NCBI GenBank assembly: GCA_951406725.2
Contig: OX597829.1
Location: 34,658,001 to 34,722,000 of the forward strand
Direction of reading: 5' to 3'
Length of the DNA stretch: 64,000 bases
Origin: Octopus vulgaris
Taxonomy: Eukaryota
The position numbers and the translations under genes are program-made. The notes beneath the pieces were generated by a model. The model ran no database searches, was not told the DNA's origin, and saw only the letters and a program-made list of their open reading frames with translations. Below are positions 48,255 through 62,949 of the stretch, piece after piece (the first letter of the stretch is position 1; each line of letters starts with the position of its first letter).

Positions 48255-50040
48255 TCATCATCAACACCATCATCATTTAGCATCTGTTTTCCTCGTTAGC
48301 ATGGATTAGATGATTTAAATGGAACTGATAAACTGGAGAGCTGCACCAGGCTCCAGTTTGCTTTTGTTTGATTTCTATGACTGGATGCCCTTCCTAATAT
48401 CAACCACTCCAGAATGTACTAAGTACCTTTTACATGTCGCCAGCATGGGTGCCTTTTGTGTGTCACCTGCACTGGCCATGACTACATGATTTTACTTAGT
48501 TTGACATGTCTTCTCAAGCACAGCAAATCGCCAAATGTTTCGGTCACTTGTCATCAGCTCTGTGAGTTACAACATTCGAAGGTCATATTTCAACTCCTCA
48601 TCCCACATCTTCCTGAGTATACCTCTTCCACAGGTTCCCTCTACATTTATTGATCAGTACTTCTTTACACAGCTGTCCTCATCCATATCAGCCCAGTCTT
48701 CTCTCTTGCATACTACATCTGATCCCTCTTATTACCCAATTTTTCACTTAAGACATTTACACTCTGTTGTACGTGCACACTGATTTTACGCATCCAGTGG
48801 AACATACTGGCTTCCTTTCTTTCAAGCCTTCACATGTCCTCTGCAGTCACAGCCCATGTTTCACTGCCATGTAGCATAGTTGTTTACACACAGGCATCGT
48901 ACAGTCAGCCTTTCACTCTGATGGAGAGGTCCTTTGTTACCAACAGAGGTAGCAGCTCTCTGAACTTTGCCCAGCCCATTCTTATTCTAGCAGCTATGTT
49001 CTCTGAGCATCCTCCTCCACTGCTGACTTGGTCATCGTCTTCTACATATGTCCTATATTTCTCTCAACACATCTGTGTTTTGTTATTCATTTACAATGCA
49101 CGTTACAATGGAGTATTCTAATTTCACTTTCTACTTTTCACTAGTCTACCACATTCAGACTCTTTACCATGTAGCAGTGCTGTTTGTACACAAGGATCAT
49201 ACAATCTACCTTTCACTATGAGAGAAATCTTTTGTTGCCAACTGAGTTGTAAGCTCTCTGACCTTTCTCCAGCCTGTTATTTTTTCACTGTTAGCAAGGT
49301 CCCTGGGTAACAAAAGCTATCCATTACCTCTGTTGATCCTCCTGGACATTTATGAAAACCCATTTCCCCTGGTTTTTTTTTTTTTGGTGTTTATTGCTCC
49401 TGTGGATCTGTCACATACAAAGGCTACTTTCTCTGTTAAACTTTCTGTGTTTCCTTAGCTTGTACTGAGTACACTATAGGAATTTCTGCTTACAGCTTTC
49501 CTACTTATCAAACAGGGCCATTTTCCTGAGGAAATTAGCATCTTATTTGTTTCCTTGCTTACTAAAACTTTAGTCTTTACTAAGTTAACTTCAAGGCAGT
49601 TTAATTCTGAATTTTACTTTCTCACTACTTTTTTGACTAATTCTACTATAAATTCAGCTATATCAACTGTCATCAGCATGTCACAGTTCCCATGGTAAAC
49701 TCATCTTAAACTCCTGTTATAACATAGAAGACTATAATGAATTGGAGAATAATGAGAAATGAACCCTGTTAGGATCTCTTACCTGCACACTAAATTCATT
49801 ACTAATTCTCTTTGTTGACAGCACCCATATACATGAATTGTAAAACTCTCACAAGCCATTTGTCTACCCTTAGCTTCCTCAGTAATCACCAGCTCACAAA
49901 ACAAGGGACCCCTGTCAACAGAGTCAAAAAATGCTGTGTACAGTGGCTTACTTTTAGCTCCTACAGTTGTTTCATTATTGGCACAAAACTGAGCTCATCA
50001 ATTATAACTTTTTCCATAACTTTCATGACCTGGCCCAGCA
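48255..50040 (-). mobile_element. Decayed RTE LINE fragments
   Basis: RTE 3' terminus at about 48260, ORF2 remnants homologous to 8100-8700, and LLGQVMKVMEKVI near 50000. Confidence 0.65.
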
Positions 50041-50072
50041 ATATATATATATATAAAGTTTTTACTTCACAG

Positions 50073-50150
50073 CTTACTTTGATGGAGGAGGAAGCGAGAA
50101 CCCATGCTGATTCTACTGGATCATTTGAAGTAGACCTTGAACAATACAAG
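50073..50150 (+). CDS. TANGO1: TANGO1 coiled-coil exon
   Basis: ttcacag| and |gtgagt, phase 0 to 0. Encodes LTLMEEEARTHADSTGSFEVDLEQYK. Confidence 0.85.
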
Positions 50151-51822
50151 GTGAGTCTATAAATGTGAATGTATGAAGGATAAATGTGTGTATGAGTGAA
50201 AGAACAGGAGAAAGCTTGTATATCAAGTGTATATCTTGTATTTGCATGAGTTTGTATGGGTTTATACATATCTAATTATGTGTGTGTGTGTGTGTGTGTG
50301 TGTGCGTGATTTTGTGGAAGCACCTGGCTTAGGTTATTAGGGTATTGTAATCATAATCTAAGATTGTGGTTTTAATTCCCGAACTTGGTGATGCATTGTG
50401 TTCTTGAGTAAAACACTTCAATTCATGTTCAGTAAACCAGCCTTGTGCACCTGTGGCTCAGGAAGAACCTTTGATCCTTTGGTTTGTATATAAATATACA
50501 CATATAAAATATCTGTGTATGTGTTAGTATATACCATTATCATCAGTTTTACATCTACATTTCTATGTTAGTATTTGTTTTGTTTGTCAGTTTCAATATG
50601 GTTTCTTTCCACTTGTTGCAGCCTGTTGTCATCTCTTTTGGGAGGCTGACACTTTCCCAATCCAACTATCATTCTACCTGTGCCTCACATAACCATCCCA
50701 TTACAATTTTCTCTCTGGCTATTTCTGGTACCCAGTTTTCTCTCAGAGAATTTGTGCCTCTGCATTCATGCACACTGACACAAATATATGGTGGAGAGTG
50801 TTTACTTCATTTATTTTTTTTTCCCACCTTCACATTATTGCACTTCACACATAAGTGTCATGCAGCTGTCCTACCATTCTTAGAGAGACAACAACTGTAA
50901 TACCTTCTGGAGGTTTGCCACTTTGTTCTTACTCTGGATACTATGTTGTTTCTACACTCACTCCAGTTGCCAATTTTATTACCTTGGTAACAAACTATCA
51001 GTTATTCCAAATGAGCCTTCTGAGCAGTTGAAAGAATTTCTTTCTTACATGCTCTTTACTGTTGACTAGTCTTTGCATCTGGTTGCTTATGAAGTCATTC
51101 TTTCCTCTCTGCTTGCCTGTCATTTCACTAAACTCTCACTAAGTTTGTTGGTAATTCACTTTGTTAATGGAATCTCTATACACAACCAAGACACTGCTCT
51201 CACAAACCATTCTTCTATTTCTAGTATTCTTAACAACCACTGAACTACAGAGTGTGGTACTCTGCCAATGTTTTCTCCAAGACAACGAATGCTATGTATA
51301 GTGGTTTGTTTGTGGCTAAGAAATTCTTGTAATTGCCTCACTGACACAAGAACATCAGTGACCTCATGTCTTAAGCACAATTCCACACTGCATCTCATCT
51401 AAGCTAGTTCTCTCGTTGATTAACTTTGCTATAATTTCCACTGTCACTTTCATGATTTGGTGCATCTATTTGATATCTCAGAGTTATATCTTTCTCATGC
51501 ACCTTCTTTACCCTTGTAGTTCATAATGTTACTGCCATGCCACTTACTGGCTTTCCACTTCCTTGAACCACCTTATTTGCTATACAAATAACTAGTGTGC
51601 ACCTTTCTTTGCCAGATATTTTTAGCATCTTATCAGCTATCACTGATGAGCTTGTTGTTTTCCTTTTCTTTTTTTTTTTTTGCTTGATAACCTCATCTAT
51701 CGTTTAGCCATCTATCTCACTAAAACTTAACAGCCAAACTGTTAATCATACAGGCACCTTTGATAAAATACACACACACACAGAGTCCTTTTAGACTATC
51801 CCAGTGACCTATTGCTCTAGAG

Positions 51823-52110
51823 CAGTGGTTCCCAAACATTTTCGGGTTGCTGCCCCCCACCTCCCTTCTGACGCCCAGACCACATTCCTAGCGCCCCCAT
51901 CCCAAGTAACGATCACAAACATAGGCCTCTTTCTGAAGCAAATTCAAAGCAACTGTATTTCACAAATAAATCTTAACCTCACAAACCCATTATTTTGTTG
52001 TTTTTACATGAATCGCTACCCCATTATTGCCCCACTTTCCTTCACCCCCCCCCCTTGGGGACTTTCCACCACCCCCAGGGGAGCAATACCTCTCACTTTG
52101 GAAACTACTG
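51823..52110. mobile_element. hAT (Charlie-like) MITE
   Basis: TIRs cagtggttcccaaa / tttggaaactactg with 8-bp TSD ctctagag / ctctatag. Confidence 0.8.
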
Positions 52111-52404
52111 CTCTATAGTTTTTCTAACAATGCTTGAAGAATCAACTACACATTGGGGTAACTCCAGAGTAGCAGACCACGAGAGCGGCCTAAGTAAACT
52201 GTTGAACTGTATTAAATATTTCTTCTCCAGTTTGTTATTAATTTGTGTATATGTATTTATATACATCATGTACACACACATGCATACACAAACATGATCC
52301 AAGGCAGTACAATTTTCATTCATCAAAGTGAGATATATAATTGCCAAGGGTGCATAGCAACTAAACAAGTTCTCAGTTCTTTGTCTTCAATGTCTGTATG
52401 ATTT

Positions 52405-52631
52405 GACCCCTTAACATTCAGATCACTCTGGCAGATGTAATGCTTATTCATTCACATTGTTCTTAATTAATCATACACTACCTCATTGTTTTGAGATTTT
52501 GATGGTGTGAATGTTTATTTTTTAGAATGACATCATGGGATAGGTGTAAAAGGCCAGATCTAACTAGTTTGAGCATAAAACTGGTAGAATATTTGATCTG
52601 GATACAGTTGGTTTAAATGCTAAATGGTTAA
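52405..52631. mobile_element. piggyBac-derived MITE
   Basis: Ends in aatgctaaatggttaa. The left part (attcagat...atgtaatgcttatt.attcacatt) resembles the reverse complement of the piggyBac right end at 14545-14591. Confidence 0.6.
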
Positions 52632-52827
52632 CAGATAGGGAGAACAGATCTCAATAAAACACATGAAGGAGATATGGAATATTCAACACACACAGACATA
52701 TTTGACAAATCTGTTCTCTCTCTCTCTCTCTCTCTCTCTCAATCTCTCTTATAAAACACCAAATTCTTCCTTTTATGTAAGGGTATATATATATTCATTA
52801 AAAAAATATATCAATTTCTTGTTACAG

Positions 52828-52938
52828 CTTGAAAATCGAAAGTTGAGGAAAGAGATGGAAACTTTAGCATTTCAAGTATCATGTCTCCAAGATAAATTGC
52901 TGGATCACAGTTCCATGATTGAACAGAAAGATGATGAG
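52828..52938 (+). CDS. TANGO1: TANGO1 coiled-coil exon
   Basis: gttacag| and |gtaaat, phase 0 to 0. Encodes LENRKLRKEMETLAFQVSCLQDKLLDHSSMIEQKDDE. Confidence 0.85.
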
Positions 52939-54930
52939 GTAAATAATTAGCAACATTTGTTTTGCACTCTTCAACACACACATTTGTGTGCTTGTGCACA
53001 CACACACACACACACGTGTTTGTGTGTGTGTATCATTTACATTATTATGGGGTAGATAGAATGAGTAAGAGGAGGAATCAACTGCTGCAATAGGACAGTC
53101 ATTGAGGTAATACAGGAGGATATAACCAAGATCTGACATCATTTATGCTACAAGGATGCACTACAGATGCACTAAAAAGAGACAGCTGCTGAGGCTTCAA
53201 ACTGTTGGTGCATGCTATCAAAGTTACAGAAAGAGTTATTGTAAAAGCAATTAGGAACAGGAGTAACCTTGATGAAATACTCCTTGCCTTTGTGCAAGGA
53301 AGCTGTACTATTGATGGCGTTTTCCTTGACAGACGTTAGCTAAAAATCAACCCATATACATATCATTCTTGTGAAAGCTTAAGAGAGAGCCTTTGCTTTG
53401 AAATATTGTGGTTCCTAAAGAATCTAGTCATAGACAAATAGCTTGTGAGGGTTGTGCATGTGGAGATCAGCATGGTGAATGAGTGCAATGACAAATTTAG
53501 CAGGTAGGTGTCCATCAGTACTCAATATTCCACTTGGTTTATTCCGCTCTCTTCTGTTTATTATAATCTTCCAAGCGTTACCAGTGAAGTTTAAAACTGA
53601 CTGTTTATAGTATATTTCGGACAGAAATTTTGGAGAAAGAATTCTAGAAATGGAATCAAAGCTTAGAATTGAGATGACTCAAAGTAAGCTTAGTAGACAT
53701 ATTTTCATCAGGAGAGAAGGTAGGTCCCTACTACAATTCAGAAAATGGCTTTTCTTGGTTTGTAGAAAAGGAATGTTAGAAAGCTCCTATATGGCATACT
53801 CTGTAAACAATGAATGTATAAGAGATGTAATAGATTTAAAGACAAGCTAATAGAGAAGTTAGACTTCATATGCAGCTGGTGCAAATGGTCATAGATTTTT
53901 TCAAATATGCAGATGATAGCTTTTGTTACCTGGTTTAGCTAATTAGCAAGTGCAGGAATGTGTTGGGGAAAGTTCAGGGAGCTATTATCTCTTGTAGCAA
54001 CAAAGGACTTTTCTCTTAATGTGAAAGATAGATTGTATGATGCTGTGTTTGAAGTGTAATGCTGCATGGTGACAAGGTAAACGATTTGCAAAGGTCAGAA
54101 TAAAATGAAGTTACCATGCTTCACTGAATTTGTATGAACAATAGAGAACAAACAAGCTGAGAAAAAAAAAAGATATTAGAAGAATCTGATGTAGTGTGCA
54201 GGGGAGAAGACTGCACTAGTATGGGTATGTGAATCATAAAAAGGATGATAGCTACAAAAGAAAGTACTGAGCACTAAGTGTAGAAGAGGGAGATCAGGAA
54301 GGACTTCAGATTACCTTGAGTTTCTGCACCAGTGGACTACTTCAAATACCAGTCTACACATTGAGTAAACAACCAAGGGTTTGAATTGAATGCTACAGAA
54401 GGAAAAAGCTGAGATTTTTATCTAATCAAACTTAGAATATATACATAAATAATAGAGGCGCAGGCATGGCTATGGTAAGAAGTTTGCTTCCCAACTACAT
54501 GGTTCCAAGTTCAGTTCTATTGCGTTGCACCTTGGGCAAGTGTCTTCTACTCTGCCCTTGAATCGACCAAAGCTTTGCATGTGAATTTAGTAGTTAGAAA
54601 CTGGAAGAAGCCTGTCATATGTGTGTGTCTGTGTTTGTCCCCCACCACTGCTTGACAACTGGTGTTGGTATATTTATGTTCATGTGACTTAGCAGTTTGG
54701 CAAAAGAGACCAATAGAATAAGTACCAGGTTACATAAAGTAATAAGTACTGGGGTCAATAAGTTGGGCTAAAATTCTTGAAGGTGGTACCCCAGCATGGC
54801 CACAGTCTAATGACTGAAACAAGTAAAAGATAAAAGATAGACATCATTTCATCATCCACTTTTACATGCTTGTATAGAATTTGTGTGTGTGTGTGTATAT
54901 ATATATATGTCTCACTTTTTTATTTTTTAG

Positions 54931-54981
54931 ATCCAGTCTTTAAGTGACGAACTGAAGGAAGTTAGTGAAAAGCAAGAAAAG
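54931..54981 (+). CDS. TANGO1: TANGO1 coiled-coil exon
   Basis: ttttttag| and AAG|gtgact, phase 0 to 0. Encodes IQSLSDELKEVSEKQEK. Confidence 0.8.
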
Positions 54982-55281
54982 GTGACTGTTACTTATTTTT
55001 TGTTTACTTGTAATTAAATTGGTTCGTACACATGTGTGTATGTATGTGTGTTAATATATACATACACTGTTTTTTTTTTTTGTATGACTAATGTATTCTT
55101 TATAATCATAGTGTCTTGTGTATACAATTTCTGCTTTATATATACAGTGTATCCTTATATACAGAGGTATACTGTAACAGTTAAGAATGGCTTTGCAAAT
55201 ACCTTGTTTCTAGATTCATCACTCTGCGTTGTGTCATGGGCAAAGTGTCTTATTATAGCTGCCATTTATATATATATATTT

Positions 55282-55336
<55 letters not shown>

Positions 55337-55464
55337 GCAAATAAGAAAATGGAGAGGATATAAAATCGACACATCAGCCAGTAAACATTCAAGTATGTCT
55401 ATTTATTCAATTGTATTGGATGAATACCCATACATGTATGAGTACTCAAAAAGTCTTCTTGTGA

Positions 55465-56222
55465 ACGTGACCTGAGTGTTACTGTCGACAGCGATTTGTG
55501 TTGGACAAAACACATCGCTAAAATTGCCAAGAAGGCTGAGGGCGTCTTGGCATCACTCACCAAGTCCTTTGTGAGCCTCTCTCCGACTATCTGTCTGCGG
55601 CTTTATGTAGCTATAGTAAGACCTCACCTGGAATTTCCATCACCGGTCTGGAACCCCTATCTTGCCCAGGATATTAATCGTCTGGAAGCTGTTCAGCAAT
55701 GTGCAACCAAAAGAATACCCTCCATCAGGCATTTGCCATATTCTGAACGCCTTACTTCCCTGGGCATGGACACATTGAAACTCCAATGCCTGGCAGCTGA
55801 CTTGACAGACACCCATAAAATTACTAACCATCTTACAAACAATAACTCTGAGCACCTTTTCAAACTCCACCTGTCTAACACCCGTGGACATATTTACAAA
55901 GTCAGTAAACAGCACAGCTCCCATGACTTCAGGAAACATTTTTTCACACTGAGAGTTGCTGAAGCATGGAACAAACTGCTGGGATCAGTTGTTAGTTGTC
56001 GGAGCACTGCATCCTTCAAAACTTCCATGCTTTCTGAGATTCACCAACACTACACCTGATTTTCTCCCCTCCATACACACACAAGTATGTATCTGACTCA
56101 TACACTGTTCGCTTTCCAGACATTTGTACATTACTGCATACACTTTATACGCACTTTCTGACAAGTTGTGGTGCACCTGAGCACTGTATACAATAATTTC
56201 ATTATTATTATTATTATTATTA
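55465..56222 (+). mobile_element. CR1/L2-like LINE 3' fragment with (ATT)n tail
   Basis: ORF 55496-56059 reads LYVAIVRPHLEF.SPVWNPY...RLEAVQ...YSERL...HFFTLRVAEAWN. Confidence 0.85.
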
Positions 56223-57463
56223 TAAGGGTGTGAATACATACAAATATATAGAAACAAATGAGCAAATGGGTGTGCACGTACTAGTTCCTTACTGCCATTT
56301 CTGCCAAGAGACAACAAAATCTTCCAGGTTATCTCCATCACCTAAATATTATGCAAGGATGAACAGACAAGGCTTGGATAATGGATGTGCCCCTAGACTT
56401 CTTCAGAGGGTCTAAGTAGTTGGGGTGGGGGGACTAACACAAAATTCCATTAAGAATAGATAAGGTGTGCTTATCCTTTTAAATAGAGTAGAGTAAGAAT
56501 AAGATTAAGAGCAAAAACAAAAATACAAGTGAAATACAAGTACAATAAGGTGGGCATAACAAGGGGAAATAAGGTACAGACTTCCCATAAAGTATTTACG
56601 TACACATGTATCATTATCATCATAATGGCTGCTATCATTTCTTTATTTTATGTTATTGTGTATATTAGGATGTGCCTAGGTGTCATTTTTTTCACATAGT
56701 GACATCTAGGGCTGCAAGGCATTGGTTTACTAAATCATATAATCTAAAACATAACACTGGCAATGAAGATATATATATATATTTATATATAGGTTTTGCT
56801 ATGTATTCATGTGTGTGTGTATATATACATACACACACACATGTATGGATACATATACATCAAGTTATATTATTTTTAAAAATTGCATTGTTTTTCGTTT
56901 AAAACGATAATAATATTAAAACATTAAAAACATTTGTGTGTGTGTATACATTAATGTGTTGAGCTGAAACCTTTTATACTGAAATGCAACTTAGCCATTC
57001 AGTAAATAGAGATTGATAAAATATGAGATTGAAATGGCTATTGAGTTCAGTATTATTGGCAAAATACTGTTGAAAGTAGATCACTGAGTAAAACAATAAA
57101 GAACAAAACTGTCCATTATCCTATACACTTTCACCTTTATATTCACTCTGAGATCTTTTATATTCAGTGTGGCCTCTATATTCACACTGTTTACTTTTTA
57201 TAAACACTATAAATTTTATAGACAATCTGAAGAAGACCTCCATTCTCTGTAATTATCCAATGTTAACAGGTCTCCATTCATAATCTGCATTTACTTTCTA
57301 TATACAGTTATGAACATATTGCTACTGTCAGCCCATCCCAATACTGATATTTTCCCACTAAGAACAGATCTTTTTATTCAGCACACCAGCACTACTAACA
57401 ACCTCCAACTTGCAACACACCACTTTTCCATATGTTTAATCCATCTATTCTATCTACATGCAG

Positions 57464-57568
57464 AACTCTTATGAAGTAAACACAAAAACTGAAGAGATCA
57501 CTACACTACAGTCACAAGTACAAACAATGTCAGATCAAATCCAGCACTTGGAGGACCGTAAAGAACAA
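57464..57568 (+). CDS. TANGO1: TANGO1 coiled-coil exon
   Basis: atgcag| and |gtaaga, phase 0 to 0. Encodes NSYEVNTKTEEITTLQSQVQTMSDQIQHLEDRKEQ. Confidence 0.83.
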
Positions 57569-57659
57569 GTAAGAGACTTCTATTTCCATTACTGTAAATA
57601 CTCTGTGTGTACATGATTTTTCTCCTTTTGTCTTGTAGAATTTTTACACCATTTTCTTT

Positions 57660-58230
57660 TCAGTGTTTGGTAATGTCCAGTGAGGAGAGACATGTAGGCC
57701 AGTTTTGTTTGAGGATTTCTTTCTCAATTTGTTTCCAGTTTGCCTTATGGAAGTTCAAGCTGGAAAGATTCTGAGAGTTTCTTGTAGGCTGCATGTCCAT
57801 GGTTTCTTTTGGTCCGTACATGGTCAGCTCTACCATGTTGTGATCCGAGAGTAGCGTCGGTGTCACTTTCACATTATGGATGAGATCCATATTAGTTGTG
57901 AAGCAGAGATCCAGTATGTTCCCTGCCCTGGTTGGTTGGAGTACTATTTGTTCCATGTACAAAGTGTTGATGAGGTTCAGGAGGGACTTCACCTGTCCTT
58001 GTTCACATCGTGCCATTCCTGGGAGAGGAAGGCCCTCAGGCCATTTGACATTAGGCAGATTGAAGTCTCCCCTCCCATAAGGAGTACACTTAAGTGTTGT
58101 TCTAATGTAACTAGAACTTCTATTTTTGTAAGCAGTCTTCAAACTTGCCTACATGATTCGGAGTATCTGGAGGACGATTTGTTGCACATGTAACTACATT
58201 GAGTGGTCTTATATGTACAATTAGTGTGTG
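57660..58230 (-). mobile_element. LINE APE-endonuclease fragment
   Basis: ORF 57660-58142 has the motifs GDFNLP, QPTRAGNILDLCFT and LSDHNMV. Confidence 0.8.
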
Positions 58231-58590
58231 TGTGTGTATTTTATAATTCTGCTGAGCCATAGCAGGACCAATAACCAGTTGTTAGAACTGAATATACTTA
58301 TAATGCATGGTATTTCTAGGCTCCAGTAGTAAGATAGTGTGAAATTACTGATCTTTTCATCTATGTAATGCTATATGAAATAAGAACAGAATATAACATC
58401 AATCAATAAATAAATGAAAACACATGAGTTATAGAATTGTATTCATTGGATGTTTCACTATAAGGAGTTGTGCACTCAGATATGAGTAACATTGTAACAT
58501 AGCCTCAGCAGAGCTTTAATATGCAGTATATTATATTTCTGTAACTAAATGTCTTCTTAATCAAACTACCTATTCTTTCTTTCTTTTCAG

Positions 58591-58622
58591 CTTATACAAG
58601 AGGTTGAAGGCTGGGATGAGAA
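58591..58622 (+). CDS. TANGO1: TANGO1 32-nt microexon (coiled coil)
   Basis: ttcttttcag| and |gtaagt, phase 0 to 2. Encodes LIQEVEGWDE, like the LxQExExW motif of TANGO1/cTAGE5. Confidence 0.85.
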
Positions 58623-58707
58623 GTAAGTTATCTTATTGGTCATCTCCCTCATATTACATTACATACTCTTGCTCATACATAGATACACAAACTTGCATAC
58701 TGCTATA

Positions 58708-58768
<61 letters not shown>

Positions 58769-60234
58769 AGAGGAATAAACAATTATGTCATAAACCTCAT
58801 TAGTTTACATCTGGTTTTATTATAAGATACAATGCACTCAGGTTCTGACACAGTTATCAATTCCGTTTTAATAAAATCAAAGGATTAGTTCATTAAGTTA
58901 TGTATTTAGAATTCTTAATCATATATTGGTTTGGTTAATAGGGTGACTGTATCCATATGAAACACAAAGAAATTTATAAGTAAATGAAATCATTTTCTTT
59001 CTTTTTACTGAGGATAAAGTAATTTTATATCACAGTCATTGGAAAAGTTTCTATATTCATATGTACTCAACTATCATTTACTATTTTATGGTGTCCAATT
59101 GGTTTAACAGACTTCAAACAGTTTTAAAATTTTGTACCTAATAAAATATGTAGCACTTCAGTACAACATAAATTGCATTATGTCTTGTTTCCAATGTGAA
59201 AAGGAGTTCTCACTAAGATTCCCCATGTAGTTTCTTCTTTGTACTTGGCTAGTCTAGTTGAATTACATAATTTTGTTTTTATTTCTATGGCTAAGTGAAT
59301 GTAAGATGTAATGACATTTAAAGGAATTGGAAGTAGTTCCTATGTAATAACAGGTATCCTTTGTTGTAATGACACTACACCAGTAGTTAATATTGCATAC
59401 TGAGCAGTATATTGTAAAAGGACAAGAGGAAGTTGTACTACAGTTACATTTTTAGATATTATTTCATAAAATTGACTTATGTTCATATGGGTTTGAAGTT
59501 TTATGGTTATTCATTGTTTCTGTTAAGAATGTTATTGACACTATTTGTGTTATCTTCCAATTCTCTTCTTATTTTACATTCTTTATTAGATTTTCCAATA
59601 ATACTCTATATATGAATTGACTGTAAAGAGGTTGAATGCTGATGTATTATGTTTATTGTTATTATTTTTAGGATAAATATCGCTAGTGTTGATTTCATTC
59701 ATTATTTTGTTAACTAGGTGTACAGGATTACTGTCTTATGTTATGTTTATTAATTATATCATCATCAATTTGACAGCTTTCACAAAAAATTGTTAGTACT
59801 TGAGTCTATGTTTTGGATTTTGTATTATTGATTTCTATATTCTAAATCTGTCATATTTTAGGGCAATACAGATTTGTAGGGTAAGTGTAAATGTATAACA
59901 GAACTGCATCAAAACTGAACAGTATTAATAACTTTGATAGGTTTCAGCCAGTATAGACCCAGGTCATGTCTAACTTAATAGCACCACCTGATGAAGTCTT
60001 TTAGTCATATATGGGACACCATGGCCAACTCTAACAAAGAGTAATTATTGTTGGAGACATTCAGGTGTAGGTGGTTGATCTGGAATTTGTTGAAGAAATT
60101 TGTCCAGAGAACTTTTGAATTTTATGAGATCTGTTTACATTTTGATGTATTTTGGTATGGTATTAAAGACAGCTACACACACTTATGATTATGTACATCT
60201 GTATGTAAAATGAAACTTTCTCTTTTCTATCTAG

Positions 60235-60325
60235 ATATCGTGAGCTATCTGACAGTTGTGAACAATCAAATGCTGAATATTCAGAAATGCAGGAGAGGCT
60301 GGCATTCAAAGAAAATGAGCTTGAG
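60235..60325 (+). CDS. TANGO1: TANGO1 coiled-coil exon
   Basis: ctatctag| and |gtaagt, phase 2 to 0. Encodes (K)YRELSDSCEQSNAEYSEMQERLAFKENELE. Confidence 0.87.
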
Positions 60326-61747
60326 GTAAGTTTCCAGGCTGTGTTTGTTGTTGTTTAACCATGTTATTACTGATCCAGTAGATCAAAATCTCTTTGGACA
60401 TGTCCATGTTGTTGTTATTTATTCAGACATTATTTATCTCGGACCACCATATCTAATATTTCTTTCCTTTTGTAATTTGGGGAGGTTTAATTGATATTGC
60501 AAGCAAGTTGAATGACCACTTAAAAGCTTCATCATTATTATTATCATATCAATTTTTCCACAGTGAATGTATCTCACAACATCTTCCACGCACCATAGTT
60601 TTTTTTTTTTTATCTTTCCACCGGCTGCAGTCCTTCATCACCTGGTATATACTTTAATAGAAAAATATTCACCAACCTTGTTATACATGCCTTGCAATGC
60701 AATCTGAGTGCATTTTATCAAACCACTATCATTAAAGATGTTTTCTGCAATTTGACTAAAGAGTCCCCTTCTCTCTATATCATTTCTTATTCAGAGTTAC
60801 TTCTCCCTTGACACATAGCTTTGTTGCTATATCATCATCATTTCACATCCACTTTCCATGCTAGCATGGGCTGGATAGTTCAACTGGATCCAACACCTCG
60901 GAAGATCATATCTTGCTTCATCTCATTGTCAACATGATTTCTATAGCAGGATGTCTTTCCAAATTCCAGCCACTTTATAGAGTGAACTGGGTGCTTTTTT
61001 CATGGCACCAGCACTAGTGAGGTTGCTTTGTAACTCACAAAACTACAGAATCCTTTCAATTGAGAGGGAGAATAAAAGAGAGAGAGATTAATGGCTTTAT
61101 GTGATATGTTGAGAGATTAAAGTATGAAGGGAGGAACAGGAAAAGGTTTATTGTTGAGAAATATTGTCTCACCTACATACTGTAGTCATTAAATGTAACA
61201 AAATGCAAGACAACTACCGACCAGTATATCTTATTGTAATCAAAACTACATTGAAATTTCCCCTAGAAACAGTTGCAAGGTAAACCCTGTTCATTGTGCA
61301 ACAGTGTAAATCAGGCTAGCTTCACCACAAATTATAACAGAAATGTTAAGATTTATGCAGACAGTAGTATTTGTAACGATTCCCATTTGGTGTATTGGTG
61401 TATGTAGTTGAATGCACTAAACACAATTTATGTTGGTTACACAATAGAAAAATTAAACAAAAGATTTAAAGTATGACATCAAGCACAATAACAGCACTTC
61501 AGTGGGACTTACTCTTTTATTTGTTTCATTCTGGTGCAGCCATTCTGGAGCACCACCTTTAGTCAAACAAATCAACCCTAGGACTTATTTTTTGTAAGCC
61601 TAGTACTTATTCTATCAGCGTCTTTTGCTGAGCCACTAAGTTATGGGGATGTAAACATACCAGCATCAGTTTTCAGGCGATGGTGGTTGGACAAACAAAC
61701 ATACACTCACACCACGCGCGTGCACACACACACACACACACACAGAG

Positions 61748-61786
<39 letters not shown>

Positions 61787-62345
61787 CTTCTCTCAGTTTC
61801 CATTTACCAAATCCACTTTCCAAGGCTATTGTAGAAGCCACTTACTCAAGGTGCCATGCAGTGAGACTGAACCCAGAACGATGTGGTTGGTAAGCAAGCT
61901 ACTTATCACACAGCCACTTCTGCGCCTATGTTTGCCAAACATCTTGCTACAAATTACTGTAACTTTGAACACTTCAAAGTACACATTCACAAAAAAATAT
62001 TCTGACTCCACTGCTTTTAATCTTGTTATCAGTTACACATGAGTGTAAGTGTTCTATGTATTTTTCATCATTTTTGTCGTATTTTGAACCTGTAAAAAAC
62101 AAACATACTAGTTTTTGTTATATTACACATCATGCTCTACTAATTGTTTATCTACCTTCGTTTTCAAATTTCATTCTGAGTTCAAATTCTGCTGAGGTCG
62201 ACTTTGCATTTCATCCTTTAGGGTTTGATAAAATATGTACTATTTAAGCATTGGGGTCAATATAATCAACTTAGCCATATGCCAAAATTTTAAACCAGTA
62301 GCAGTAGCAGATTAATATTATCATTTTTTAAAAATTATTTTGCAG

Positions 62346-62415
62346 CAAATGAAGTCCTGTTTTCTGCAACTGAAGTGCCTCGAGGATGACTGTAGCAACA
62401 GTGAAGAGACAAGAG
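62346..62415 (+). CDS. TANGO1: TANGO1 exon (end of first coiled coil / linker)
   Basis: ttttgcag| and G|gtaaaa, phase 0 to 1. Encodes QMKSCFLQLKCLEDDCSNSEETR. Confidence 0.82.
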
Positions 62416-62949
62416 GTAAAAACCACCCTTCACATTCCATTTGATTCCTGTGTTATACTCATATGGGCAGGTAGTAGATAAGTAGTTAGTAGAATGGATG
62501 GAGAGGTAGACACATACACGTGCATAAACACACACACACACACGCACACACACACACACACACACTCAAACACACACTCTTGCACACATACACAAGCGCA
62601 GTCACATGCAGATAGATGAATAGATTGCTGAATGAGTAAATTCTTCAATAAGAAGACATATAAATAGGATACCAGATAAACTCTCACAGAGAGAGAGAGA
62701 GAGAGAGAAACAGAAACTGAGTCAAGTACAGGGCTGGGTAGATGTAGCATTACAAAATCTACCATCAAACATAGAAAACAGACATTCTTACATGAACTAC
62801 ATCATTCTATCCTTTAATCTTTTAACTTATAGTGTTGTATCATAATACAACACGTTACTGTCAAATCCAAATGCAAAACACATATACCTAATGCTTAATA
62901 CTAATCTGTAGAATACTATCTCTGGACTTTTACTTCAATTCCAAACTTG

